Source: Octopus sinensis
Lineage: Eukaryota
Length of the DNA: 64,000 nt
Direction: 5' to 3'
Assembly (NCBI RefSeq): GCF_006345805.1
Contig: NC_043000.1
Location: forward strand, 23,312,001 to 23,376,000
Part shown: in pieces, positions 11,200 to 22,842 of the stretch
Position numbering within the stretch: position 1 is the stretch's first letter
Layout of the letters: each line of letters opens with the position of its first letter
Program-made: the position numbers and the translations under genes
The notes under the pieces: model-generated
Databases searched by the model: none
What the model was told of the DNA's origin: nothing
What the model saw: only the letters and a program-made list of their open reading frames with translations

Positions 11200-12650
11200 A
11201 TTGGGGCTGACTGATTCTGACCTTGTTGAAGCATGGTTAAGATGTCTTGCGATTACCTTTAGAATAAAGAAATTAAAAGATAATGAGGAATGTGCTGGTC
11301 TAAAGGAGATAACAGATTTATTTTTATCAGAAACTAGTAAATAAGGCTAATCCAAAGCAGGTCAAGGTCATTTGTTTCAATCAAATATAGGAGATGATAA
11401 CGAATAATGTAAGAACTAAAAAGCATTTGGTCATTGTAAACAAACCAGGTTTATGTATCTGTATTAAGAATCTTCTGGACTCTATCTAAAACTTTTCATA
11501 TCAGCTTTATAATGGAACTTCATCATCATCATCGTTGTTTAACGTCCGTTTTCCATGCTAGAATGGGTTGGATGGTGCGACCGGGGTTTGGCAAGCCATG
11601 GAGGCTGCACCAGGCTCCAGTTTGGTTTGGCAGTGTTTCTACAGCTGGATGCCTTTCCTAACGCCAACCACTTCATGAGTGTAGTGGGTGTTTTTCATGT
11701 GTCACCGGTACAGGGGCCAGAGCAGGCTGATAAATGGCCACGATCAGTTGGTACTTTTACGTGTCACCGACATGGACGCCAGTCAGGCGGCACTGGCATC
11801 TGCCACGTTTGGACGACGCTTTTTACATGTCACCGGCACAGGTGTCTTAACTACAATTTCCATTTGATTTTTATTTTTGTGTGAATTTGATAAGCTAGGT
11901 CATCCTGACTAAAGTAGTAAAGATGAATATAAATGAAATTCATTGAGGCTATGTATCTAACATCCAAAACATGTCACTCAATGCATGTGTAAACTTCCTG
12001 CAACACCAAGAAATGATTTCACATTTCAATAGTGTTGATATTTCTCGTGAATTAGAGCTAAGAGATGCTTATGCTAATTTCTTGTCCAAAATGAAGAAAT
12101 TATCGAAATGCAAATTTTGCGGTTATGAACATGCATTTATTAAAGGGGGAAAATTTCCTGCATTTGGAAGGATATGCATATTGCATAATAAAAGACACAC
12201 TTTCTATTAGCTTGTAGCTTTAAAAAGAAAAGCATGGAATATGTTGAATAAATTGATAATAAATGCTCTGATACTGCAACAAATGTATTTACACTACAAG
12301 GCAAGGAAAAAAACTTGTTTTACTTCAAGTTGAATTTTATAGCAAAATTATGGATATGCGAGTGGACACCAGTAACAAGGTTATCTTAATTCCAAGAAAA
12401 TTTTGGATATTCATTTGTCAACCCACCCTTGTCAAAAGCTATCTGCTACTTGATCAATTTTGATAGCTCAATGATTAGAACCATGGATTTGTTTGGACAT
12501 TTTTTAAGGCATCAGATATGAAATTTTACTCTGATAGTGGTTGCAGACTATGATAAAAGTCATGGTTTCGCTAGAACTAAATATCAATAACACAACACTA
12601 ATTGATTAACTCCATTGCACTCGACATTGAAGATGTTGGTATGATAAAGA
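11200..12650 (+). mobile_element. Degenerate Ty3/Gypsy-type LTR retrotransposon gag-protease relic
   Basis: Decayed frames EAWLRCLAITFRIKKLKD...EITDLFLS, VRTKKHLVI, CEFDKL, zinc-knuckle-like KCKFCGYEH...FPAFGRIC, and protease-like MRVDTSNKVILIPRKFW...LDQFD. Confidence 0.7.
11521..11880 (-). mobile_element. RTE 3' UTR and tail fragment inserted in the Gypsy gag relic
   Basis: (CAT)n-GTTTAACGTCCGTTTTCCATGC; homologous to 6800-7025. Confidence 0.9.
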
Positions 12651-12664
12651 TTTTTAAAAATACG

Positions 12665-13144
12665 AAATCAAAATTTGATGACTGGCATCCGTGCTAGTGG
12701 AGCGCTAAGAGTACCATACAAGTGTGATCGTTGCCAGAACAACAAACTGGCTTCTGTGCTGGTGGCATGTATAAAACACCATTCGAGTGTGATCGTTACC
12801 AGTGTTGCCTTACTGGCACTTGTGATGGTGACACGTGAAAAAACATTCGAGCGAGGTTGTTGCCAGTGCCGCTGGACTGGCTCCTGTGCAGGTGGCACAT
12901 AAAAAACACCATTTGAGCGTGGCCGTTGCCAGTCCCGCTTGACTGGCCCTCGTGCTGGTGACATGTAAAAGCACCCACTACACTCTCAGAGTGGTTGGCA
13001 TTAGGAAGAGCATCAAGCTGTAGAAACTCTGCAAGATCAGATTGGAGTCTGGTGCAGCCATCTGGCTCACCAGACCTCAGTCAAATCGTCCAACCCATGC
13101 TAGCATGGAAAGCGTACATTAAACAATGATGATGATGATGATGA
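12665..13144 (+). mobile_element. RTE 3' UTR and tail fragment with several approximately 60-nt repeat units
   Basis: GGTGGCAC-TAAAAA-CACC units, CCATGCTAGCATGG and a (GAT)n tail. Confidence 0.9.
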
Positions 13145-13457
13145 CCAGTATTAAACTGAAGAAAAACCTATTAGAATTTCTCACACAGGCCCAAGGACAT
13201 AACCTAGGTATGATTTGAACTTTGAACACAAAAATTTAAACTAAATTTCACAAAGCATTTATTGTGTCACTGTTGTTGCTTCAGTCCTATCACTGTAACA
13301 CCTGTTTCTGGGATAGGTGCAAGGATTGAAATTGGGGGAAAGAAGTTTGTAATTTCATCAACCCCAGTGCTTGATTGGTACATTTTTTTCTTGACCTTCA
13401 AACTGAAAGTCTAAAAGAAATGCTACTCCAATGTTCTGATGCTCTAACAATTCTAAA

Positions 13458-13856
13458 CTCTCTTACTCTTTTACTTGTTTCAGTCATTTGACTGCGGCCA
13501 TGCTGGAGCACCACCTTTAGTCGAGCAAATCGATCCAAGGATTTATTCTTTGTAACCCTAGTACTTATACTATCGGTCTCTTTTGTCAAACCGCTATGTT
13601 ACGGGGACATAAACACACCAGCATCGGTTATCAAGTGATGTTGGGGGGACAAACACATACACTCACATATATATATATATATATATACACACATACATAC
13701 AACAGGCTTCTTTCAGTTTCCGTCTACCAAATCTACTCACAAGGCTTTGGTCGGCCCGAGGCTATAGTAGAAGACACTTGCCCAAGGTGCCACGCTGTGG
13801 GACTGAACCCAGAACCATGTGGTTGGTAAGCAAGCTACTTACCACACAGCCACTCC
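13458..13856 (-). mobile_element. Full-length SINE family A
   Basis: Reverse complement colinear with 10780-11183. Confidence 0.9.
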
Positions 13857-13884
13857 AACACTATTCTTTATCTTAATGGTAATA

Positions 13885-14105
13885 ATAAGCCTTTCTACTA
13901 CAGGCACAAGGCCTGCAATTTTACAGAGTGTGAGTTAGTAGATTACATCAACTCCAGTGCTTGACAGGCACTTCAGTTCATCAACATTGAAAGGACGAAA
14001 GCATAAGTTGACTTTGGTGGGATTTGAACTTGGAACATAAAGACCCAGAAGAAACACTGCTCAGCATTTTTCTGACATGCTAATGATTCTGCTTAACTCA
14101 CTGCT
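13885..14105 (-). mobile_element. Degenerate SINE family B
   Basis: GGCACAAGGCC...GATTACATC...GGATTTGAACTT. Confidence 0.7.
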
Positions 14106-14816
14106 TTATCTTATAAAAATAATGATAATCAAGGACAACTCAAGTACAAAGTGATTCCACACTATAATGGGGATATTTTACTTTTAGTTGCGGCAGCATC
14201 CAACTGGGGTGGGTTGAGCCGGCTCTGAGTAATTTCATGCTCAGCATTTCAGTGGGAATACAAGTTTACATGGGGTCCCTGGTCACATACATACACACTT
14301 TTGGATAGTGTGGTCCATAACAGCTCATCTTGCTGTCGACTGTTACTGAGGATTCGCTGGCCAAGTCACTGTCAATTATTGGAGCAGACACAGCCTGTGT
14401 TTGAAGCAAGTTCTGGAGACATGGTTTAACAAAAGCTAAGGGGTGCTTTACTCCCAGTGGTCTTCCAGCATACCAAACACCGACCCAGAATTTCTGAGGG
14501 CCTGAGCTATAGCTAGATAGTCATTGATCCTACACTATGTTCATCCATCCTTTTGACAGATCTGGTGGAGATATCACTTACAGATAGGAGCAATGCAGGT
14601 CTTCCATAACCTCTCACCTACAGCAGATCATAGGTTACAGTTATCCTCTTAAATTGATTTATTATAAGCTAAGAATTAGGAATCCTTTGTCCATTTGCAT
14701 AAAGCCTTTAAAAGTATGCCCTCAAAGGATTTTAGTTTACCCTCTTTATGTTCTGAGTTCAAATCTTGCCAAGACTGAGTTTTTCTTGCATCTTTCTGAG
14801 GAGGATAAAATAAGTA

Positions 14817-15210
14817 ACTCTTTTGCTTGTTTCAGTTATTTGACTGTGGCCATACTGGAGCACCGCCTTTAGTTGAGCAAATCGACCCCAGGACTTATTC
14901 TTTGTGAGCCCAGTACTTATTCTATCGGTCTCTTTTGCTGAACTGCTAAGTTATGGGGACGTAACACACTACCACTGGTTGTCAAGCAATGTTGGAGGGA
15001 CAAACACAGACACACAAACATATACACACACACATACATATATATATATACAATGGGCTTCTTTCAGTTTCCGTCTACCAAATCCACTCACAAGGCTTTG
15101 GTCAGCCCGAGGCTATAGTAGAAGACACTTGCCCAAGGTGCCACACAGTGGGACTGAACCCGGAACCATGTGGTTGGTAAGCAAGCTACTTACCACACAG
15201 CTACTCCTGC
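14817..15210 (-). mobile_element. Full-length SINE family A
   Basis: Reverse complement colinear with 10780-11183. Confidence 0.9.
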
Positions 15211-15242
15211 GCCTAACATTCACATACTGAGAATTATCTTTT

Positions 15243-15538
15243 ATCTTTTACTTGTTTCAGCCATTGGACAATGGCCAAGATGGGGCAATGCCTGGAAGGA
15301 AGTCTGATACTTATTCTAATAGTCTCTTTTGCTAAACCACTCAGTTCCAGAAATATAAAAAATAAAACCAATGCTGGTTGTCAAGGTAGGAGGATTGACA
15401 AACACACACTCACACACACACATGATGGGCTTTCATATAGTTTTCATTTACCAAATTCTGTCACAAAGCATTGGTCAGTCTGAAGACACTTTCCCATGGT
15501 TGAAAAAACAAGCTCCTTGACCACTCAACCATGCTGGC
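15243..15538 (-). mobile_element. Degenerate SINE family A
   Basis: TTTTACTTGTTTCAG...GAAGACACTT homology with deletions. Confidence 0.65.
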
Positions 15539-15664
15539 ACCTATAGATGTTAAATACATTTTTGTTTTTATATTCCTTTTAAATAAATTCACCCATATCA
15601 TTAGTAAGGTACAGATGGACATTTCTAAATTCCCCTTCTTACACACATCACAGTTATTTATGAA

Positions 15665-15696
<32 letters not shown>

Positions 15697-15994
15697 CATG
15701 TTGTTGTTGTCATTGCCGTCCTCCTCCTCCTCCTCCTCTTCATTATTATTATTCCTTAGGCAATTCAATTATAAAATGTTTGTATTTTGTGGTCTCTTTT
15801 CTTTTTTTCATTTTGCATAATCAGTAGCTGTAATTAATAACTGATTAACTCCATTGATTTCAAGTAAGGAAGCAATTGTGAGTGTTCTTTTCTTTGTTTG
15901 TTGTTGTCGTTGTTTTTAAAGTTCATTGTCTTTCCTTAGGATATTAACAACACAAATATAGTGAAAATATTCCAACTCACTTTCAATACCAGGT

Positions 15995-16172
15995 TGCTCT
16001 TTATTTTCTCATGTTCCCTTCTGTTGAAAGGTGTAGGCTTAAAATGTAAAAGACTTTCTCACCTACCCAAGCGTTAAACTGATACACCTGTTTGTTGTTT
16101 ACACACCTGTCTTAGTCTTTTGTGTTTTGCAAATTCCAACTATATATACATACACACACACACATATATAAT

Positions 16173-16216
<44 letters not shown>

Positions 16217-16393
16217 GCTAGCCACTACACATTCTTTATTTTCTCTCCTTGTTTCTTTCTGTATCCTTTCTGTGGAAGAGCGTAGGCTCGAAACGTTAAA
16301 GACTTTTTCATTTCCCAAGCATTATCCTAATACATCCATTTGTTGTCTACACCATCTGTCTTCATCTTTTGTTTTGTTTTTTTTGTGAATTCT

Positions 16394-16396
<3 letters not shown>
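15995..16396 (+). mobile_element. Two tandem Penelope-like terminal-repeat fragments separated by (TA)n
   Basis: Two related units of about 150-180 bp; the second carries GAAGAGCGTAGGCTCGAAACG, a pattern typical of Penelope-like element termini; both end in (TA)n. Confidence 0.6.
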
Positions 16397-16439
<43 letters not shown>

Positions 16440-16668
16440 TATATGAGGAAAATAAGGCAAGATAGAAAATGTTAAAATAATCTTATCATGAAATACATTT
16501 TGTAAAGATTAGTACCAGTCTTATCGACTTTTTCAACTAAGTGTAAAACAAAAAAAAAATAATTAAATTGAAAAAAAATTGAATGAAATGTTTGGTAAAT
16601 GTTTCCATAGTCTTCAGATAGGTAGGACATTTTCCTTTTCGCTCTCTCTCTCTCTCTCTCTCTCGCAG

Positions 16669-16716
16669 TCTTCTTTTGCGAAGGCTCAGCAGGTAATAGC
16701 AGATTTGAAGAAATAG
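16669..16716 (+). CDS. Candidate exon: 24-nt microexon (SSFAKAQQ, donor GTAATA at 16693) or terminal exon SSFAKAQQVIADLKK*
   Basis: Long (CT)n tract plus CGCAG acceptor at 16668; AATAAA near 16809; no upstream exons or homolog identified. Confidence 0.25.
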   Translation, partial: SSFAKAQQVIADLKK

Positions 16717-17092
16717 TGTCTATGAGTGCAGAGAAATGTTTGGTTCTGAAGTTTGATAGCTTAAGCAGCAGCAGCAGCCGAGGAAGGAGACAGAGAAGAA
16801 GAAGAAGAAATAAAAGAAAACAGATAGGAGTAGTATGACCCAGTAGTAGAGCTGTCTGTGGAATCTACTTTAATGGTCAAGTGACCTAAAAATGCCCTGT
16901 TGTGGTTGTAGCAGTAGTGGTAGGAACTGATTGTTCTTAATATAACTATTATATAACTATTGTTTTGTACTCTAGGCACAAGGTTTGAAATTTTGGGGAA
17001 GGGGGTCAAATTCCATGAGGCCCAACACTTGAAAGAACTCAGCCACTTCACCTTCATGATATATATATAATATATATATATATATATAGTCC

Positions 17093-17302
17093 ATTTACTT
17101 GTTTAAGTCATTAGACTGTGGCCATACTGGGGCACCACTATGAGGAATTTCAGTCAAACTAGTCAACCCCACTACTTATTTTCTCTTTTACTTATTCTAT
17201 GGTTTCTTTTGCCAAACTGCTAAGTTATAGGGATGTAAATGCACCAACACCGATTTCAAGGAATGTTTGGGGGACAAACACAGACACAAAAACACACACA
17301 CA

Positions 17303-17393
<91 letters not shown>

Positions 17394-18800
17394 GGGATGG
17401 TTGCTCTGAGAGTGTGGCGACTAGAGTAAGAACAGCCTGGACAAAGTTCAGGGAGCTCCTACATCTGATGGCAACTAAAGGCCTGTTGCTCAGTGTGAAA
17501 GGTAGACTGTATGATGCATGTGCTACACGGCAGTGAAACATGGGCCATGAATGCTGAGGACATGCATAGGCTTGAAATAAATGAAGCTAGTATGAGCTGC
17601 TGGATGTGTAATGTCAAGATGCACATACGACAGAGTGTAAGTGCCCTGAGAGAAAAGTTGGGCATAAGAAGCATCAAATGTGGTGTGCAAGAGAAGTGAC
17701 TGCACTGGTATGGCCATCTGTTATATATGGAGGAAGATAGCTGTGTGAGAGAGTGCCACTCCCTAACTGTGAAAGGACTTGTGGAAGAGGTAGACTCAGG
17801 AATACATGGCATGAGGTGGTGAATCATGACCTTTGAATGTTGGGCCTAACAGAGGCAATGACAGGAGACCGGGGCTTTGGAGATGTGCTGTGATTAAGAA
17901 GACCCAGCAACTAAAGTGAGATCGCAGCCATGCACGTCCAGCCCTGTTAAGAATACTCCTGATGCATCAGGCAACATGATATGCTTGAGAAGACCTGTTG
18001 AGTCAAATAAAACCAATAACATAGTTGGGGGCCGGTGTCCCCTGGCTGGCTCCCCTGTTGATGGCACATAAAAAGCACCATCCATATGTGGTTGATGTCA
18101 GGTCTGCCTGACTGGATCCTCTGCCAATAGCACGTTAAAAGCACCAATCGATCGTGACCAATGCCAATACCCACTGACTGGCTCCTGTGCTGGTGGCACA
18201 TAAAAAGCACCATCCAAATGGGTTCGTTGCCAGGCCTGCCTTACTGACTCCTGTGCTGGTGGCACATAAAAGCACCCACTACACTCTCGGAGTGGTTGGC
18301 GTTGGGAAGGGCATCCAGCTGTAGAAACTCTGCCAGACCAGATGGGAGCCTGGTACAGCCACTCACTCTCCAGACTGCAGTCAAACTGTCCAACCCATGC
18401 CAGCATGGAAAACGGATGTTAATCGATGATGATGATGATACACACACACATACACACACAACAGGCTCAATTTAGTTACCATGTATCAAATCCAATACCA
18501 GTCATCAAGCAGTGTTGGAGGAAAAACTGAGGCACAAAGACACACATGCACACACTCACCTATCTAGCTGTCTGTCTGTCTGTCTATCTGTCCATGTATG
18601 TATCTATCTATATATATATATATTTACAATGAGCTTCCAAGCAATTTCTATCTATCAAATTCACTCACAAGACATTAATTGGACCAAGGCTATAGTAGAA
18701 GACCCTTACCCATGGTGCCACATAGTGAGACTGAACCCAAAACCACTAGGCTGCAAAGCAAGCTTCTTAACTACACAGCCATGTCTGTGTCTATGCTAAC
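17093..18800 (-). mobile_element. SINE family A split at its central microsatellite by an RTE insertion
   Basis: 3' part 17093-17305, then (TA)n, the RTE, and the remaining degenerate 5' parts at 18438-18800. Confidence 0.7.
17388..18437 (+). mobile_element. 5'-truncated RTE LINE
   Basis: [31 protein letters not shown], 3' UTR repeat units and a (GAT)n tail. Confidence 0.9.
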
Positions 18801-18973
18801 AAATGCTACTATGATAGTTTCTTTGTTATGCACCTAACTTACTAGGTCACATAATGAACAAATAATGCATATCTCTCACTTATAATAATTGATATTTATG
18901 GGGTCAAGAGAGAAAGACATTACTGGGTGGATGACATTCTGACCCACAATATCAATATAGAAAACCATATACT

Positions 18974-19248
18974 CTCTTTACTCTTTTACTTGTTTCAGTC
19001 ATTTGACTGCAGCCATGCTGGAGCACCGCCTTTAGTCAAGCAAATCGACCCCAGGACTTATTCTTTCTAAGCCTAATACTTATTCTGTCGGTCTCTTTTG
19101 CCGAACTGCTAAGTTACAGGGACCTAAACACACCAGCATCGGTTGTCAAGCGATGTTGGAGGGGGACAAACACAGACACACAAACACACATATATATACA
19201 TATACATATATACGACGGGCTTCTTTCAGTTTCCGTCTACCAAATCCA
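18974..19248 (-). mobile_element. SINE family A, 5'-truncated
   Basis: High similarity to 13458-13856; breaks off at ACCAAATCCAC. Confidence 0.9.
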
Positions 19249-19249
19249 C

Positions 19250-19745
19250 ATCGTTTTTGCCAACCCTGAAGGGAGCTGGAGCAATTGCTTCATAGATGAA
19301 TTCTCTTGGCTGATGAAGGAGGGCATGACCCAGCCACACAGACGTTTCGTTAGGATGACTTGTTGGAGGGAGGTGATTTTGCACTGGTGTCGCACCGAAT
19401 TGTTGGAGACAAAGTGATGCCATCAGACACGAAGGATGCGGTGTAGACAGAGGTGATCGAAGGATTCTAGTCGCTTAATATCTTCCACCCTCATCGGTCA
19501 TGACTCGCTGCCATAAAGGAGAATTGTTCGCCCTAGTGCTTGGTAGATCCATACTTTGGTGGTGCATTGGATCTCAGATCTTGACCAGAGTCGTGCATTG
19601 GGTCGGTTGAAGGCTTGGCGAGCGAGGTCGATTCGTGTTTTAATGTCAGCCTCACCTTGACCTGTAACTGTAATGATGGTGCCAAGGTATTTGAAACTCT
19701 CAACCTCTGGCAAGTCAGTCATCACTGATGGGTTACTGTCCAGTG
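19250..19745 (-). mobile_element. Second RTE-clade LINE family, RT C-terminal fragment
   Basis: ORF 19498..19749: EVESFKYLGTII...DIKTRIDLARQAF...TILLYGSES. Confidence 0.8.
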
Positions 19746-20287
19746 CCAATGGTATTATAAGCTGTCACTCTGGCCAGTCTGAAGTGACCACGGAGGTGTT
19801 GCAGGTGGATGAAGCAGTCCTGCCTGGGCGTGCTCTACAGGCACAGTCTGCAGTGCTATTGGTGTTGTTGTATCAATGTTGCAGGCGATAGATGGTGTTG
19901 ACATAGACATTGTTAGCTTTTGCAACAGCCAGGGCATACTGCCCTACCTGCAATCGGCCGATAGCTTGTTCTCTCTGCTCTGCTGACAATCAGGTCATAC
20001 CTGATGCATCCAAATTATGAATGCCAAGAACATGGTTCCAGTTGATGTTTATACCCATAACCTGCACATGCATTTTGGTTTTCATGACAACTGTTGTGAT
20101 TGACACCCACAGCATTCAGCACAGCTGCATTTTGGCATCTCATTTCAGAGGAAGCTGAAAGGTTACCTGCAATTTGGGTCTCAGCCATAAATCACCATAT
20201 TTACACTTACATCCCTGAAATAAATTTTCAGAATTTACCATAAAAAAAACTCATTTGAAAAAATCACATTTCTTTTGCAGTTCAGTA
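19746..20287 (-). mobile_element. Tc1-like transposon 5' half (transposase helix-turn-helix region)
   Basis: Decayed frame LSAEQREQAIGRLQVGQYALAVAKANNVYVNTIYRLQ; probable TA-flanked terminus near 20287. Confidence 0.65.
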
Positions 20288-20304
20288 TATATTATTATTA
20301 TTAT

Positions 20305-21115
20305 AGCTGGGTTATTTGGGAGAAGCTCATAGTACAGAATTCTTTTCCAATCCCACCAGACACAAAGCAAAAATTTTTTAGGGTGAAGACCCACTTTTGG
20401 GGTGGCTTAGGGTGGTTCATGTCGCTTACTCCAGGATCGCTTTCTCTGAACATTTCGGTAGATAATCCATTTCTCATCACCTGTTACAATTTGCTTTAAA
20501 AAAGGCGCATTTTCATTCGGTTTATAAAGTGAATTACAGATGGAAATGCGATCCAAGAGGTTCTTCTCAGCCAACTCCTGTGGTACCCAAACATTGTAGC
20601 GATTTGTGTACTCAAGCTTTACCAGGTGCTCATGAACGACGGATTTTGATAGGTTGAGGCTTTCTGCCAATTCTCGGGTTGTGCAATGTGGGTTATTCTC
20701 AATTAATGACTTGATTTGGTCATCATCTATAGTGGATGATCTGCCTGATCACTCTTTATCAATAAGGCTACAATCTCCAGCTCGGAACTTTGTGAACCAC
20801 TTCTGTACAATTCTTTCGGATAAAGAAACATCACCGTAAACTGTGCATATTTCTTTGGTTGCTTGTGAGGCATTTTTCCCTTTACGGAAAAAGAAAAGCA
20901 TCAAGTGTCGAAAATGAATTTTCTTATCTTCCATTTTAAAGGGTTACAGAATTAACACAGGTTATAGGAATATAAACTTTCTTCCATAAAAAGATAGCTT
21001 AAACTGTGCTCTAAATGGAGGTGTAGTCAAATCCTATTTTATAGACTCAACCATGTTCTAAAATAAGTCGAAAGTTAAGCTACTATAAATTGGCACGAAC
21101 TTTCTGGACAACCCA
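20305..21115 (-). mobile_element. Mariner transposon 5' two-thirds (transposase pseudogene from 20934)
   Basis: MEDKKIHFRHLMLFFFRKGKNASQA, WVPQEL, IVTGDEKW, LCVWWD; nonsense codon at 20749-20751; TA-flanked TIR GGGTTGTCCAGAAAGTTCGTGCCAAT ending at 21115. Confidence 0.92.
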
Positions 21116-21254
21116 TAGTTGGTCTTGACTCCACTTATGCATTATAGTCTAACAACAATTCAGTGTAGCTTATTATATTTGACTCAAGTTGAAAATTCTG
21201 GTCGCATGCACTAGTCCTTAGCTTAACATGAAAAAAAAAAATATATATATATAT

Positions 21255-21676
21255 ATAAATATACTGGCATAGTGACCTGCTGTGCTTGAGGAGACCTATT
21301 GAGTCAAGTACATCAACATCAAAATAAATATCAAATGGAAATTGTAGTTGTGATACTTGTGCCAGTGGCATGTAAAAAGCACCATCCGAACGTGGATTTT
21401 GCCAGCGCCGCCTTGACTGGTTTCTGTGACAGTGGCACGTAAAAAGCACCAACTGATCGTGGCCACTGCCAGCCTCCCCTGGCACTTGTGCCAGTGGCAC
21501 ATAAAAAATACCCACTACACTCACATAGTGGTTGGTGTTAAGAAGGGCATCTAGCTGTAGAAACATTGCCAGATCAGACTGGAGCCTGGTGCAGCCTCCT
21601 GGCTTCCCAGACCCCGGTCGAACCGTCCAACCCATGCTAGCATGGAAAACGGATGTTAAACGATGATGATGATGAT
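21255..21676 (+). mobile_element. RTE 3' UTR and tail fragment
   Basis: Repeat units, CCATGCTAGCATGG and a (GAT)n tail. Confidence 0.9.
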
Positions 21677-21859
21677 ATGAAGTTCAACAAATAGTAGAGC
21701 ACTTGATTAGTTAAGAGAGTAAAACTTGTAATTAGTCTTCCATAGCACACACATCAATGGGTCCTAACTGTTGAGAAATTTGTAAAAACAATGTTGTACT
21801 TAATTTGACAAACTCCGATGATGTTTCTATTTATATACCTTATACTGTTCTTCCAGAGT

Positions 21860-22140
21860 CTTCTAGTCTTTATCTTTTAGGCATAACTTCTAAAGATCAT
21901 TCTTGGAATGATTATATTAAATCTATTGCAAACCTAGCTGATTTCCATTAAAATGAAATAAAATCCTTAGATTGCTCCTGGTATGAAAATCTGACTAACT
22001 ACCCATCTATTGGTTTCATTTGAACTTGTCTTGAGGGCTGAAAGCTTTTGGTCTATTTACATCATTCCAGCATGTGCCGATGGGACTCTCTGTTATTTCT
22101 GCTCCAACAACTCTAATCTCCTTCAAAGTTCAATTATGTT
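21860..22140 (+). mobile_element. Degenerate CR1/L2-group LINE fragment
   Basis: LGITSKDHSWNDYIKSIA resembles the LG..F...L.W..HI motif of CR1-type RT. Confidence 0.4.
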
Positions 22141-22151
22141 GCTAATACTCT

Positions 22152-22320
22152 TCATCATCATCATCATCATCGTTTAACGTCCGCATTCCATGCTAGCATG
22201 GTTTGGATGAATGACTGAGAGCTGGTGAGCCAGATGGTAGCGCCAGGCTTCAATCTTGATCTGGCAGAGTTTCTACAGCTGGATACTCCGAGGGTGTAGT
22301 GGGTACTTTTACGTGCCATT
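22152..22320 (-). mobile_element. RTE tail fragment
   Basis: (CAT)n-GTTTAACGTCCG...CCATGCTAGCATGG. Confidence 0.85.
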
Positions 22321-22419
22321 CTCTCTTGATTAACGATATAAAGAAAAAGACATCTGTTCAAATTTGACATCACCACCTGGCCTGTCTCCATTTAGTAGAG
22401 TCCACTCTATTGTCAGAAG

Positions 22420-22634
22420 TCAGAAGTCAGCTTTAGTCTTTTCTCTGACGATATCTATCATGGTTTCTTCCTCTCCCCCACCCTCAGGGTACCACAGAAA
22501 ACTCAGGGCATTTGTCTTTCCTGTTCTGACAACAAACAAAGCATTAATGAACAGGAAGAAGAGAATGAGCAACATAACTGAGCCCCAAAGAACGCCAGAT
22601 CTGTTGATGTATCCTGAGTCACAGAGAGCCCCAT
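22420..22634 (-). CDS. Candidate terminal coding exon of a small single-pass membrane protein (xGALCDSGYINRSGVLWGSVMLLILFFLFINALFVVRTGKTNALSFLWYPEGGGEEETMIDIVREKTKADF*)
   Basis: Unique non-repeat sequence; T-tract and ATAG acceptor at 22635-22636 (phase 1); 22-aa hydrophobic stretch followed by RTGK; many G-initial codons; two plus-strand frames are also open, so the strand is not proven. Confidence 0.5.
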
Positions 22635-22842
22635 CTATGCATATTGTAATTAAAAAAAAACATTTCAGCCTATGAGACAAGAGATGAATGAAGTCCACAG
22701 GTGGGCAATGAGTCATAAAAATAAAAATAATTATAATAAAGAGAAAAGAAGTCCAGGGACACACTTTAAATTAATGACAGCAAAAATAGTAACAAAAATA
22801 TTTATAACTGCTCCTAAATTGATTAGTTATTGTGTATTACAT

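Noticed and set aside
17197-17541. ORFs containing (IY)n runs
   Set aside because: Readthrough of a (TA)n microsatellite joining SINE and RTE sequence
22364-22675. Plus-strand readings of the 22.4-kb unique block (103-aa ORF and the SPLYCQ...NEQHN* frame)
   Set aside because: Less protein-like than the minus frame, and the acidic run is the in-register antisense of the hydrophobic helix; not fully excluded without stranded RNA
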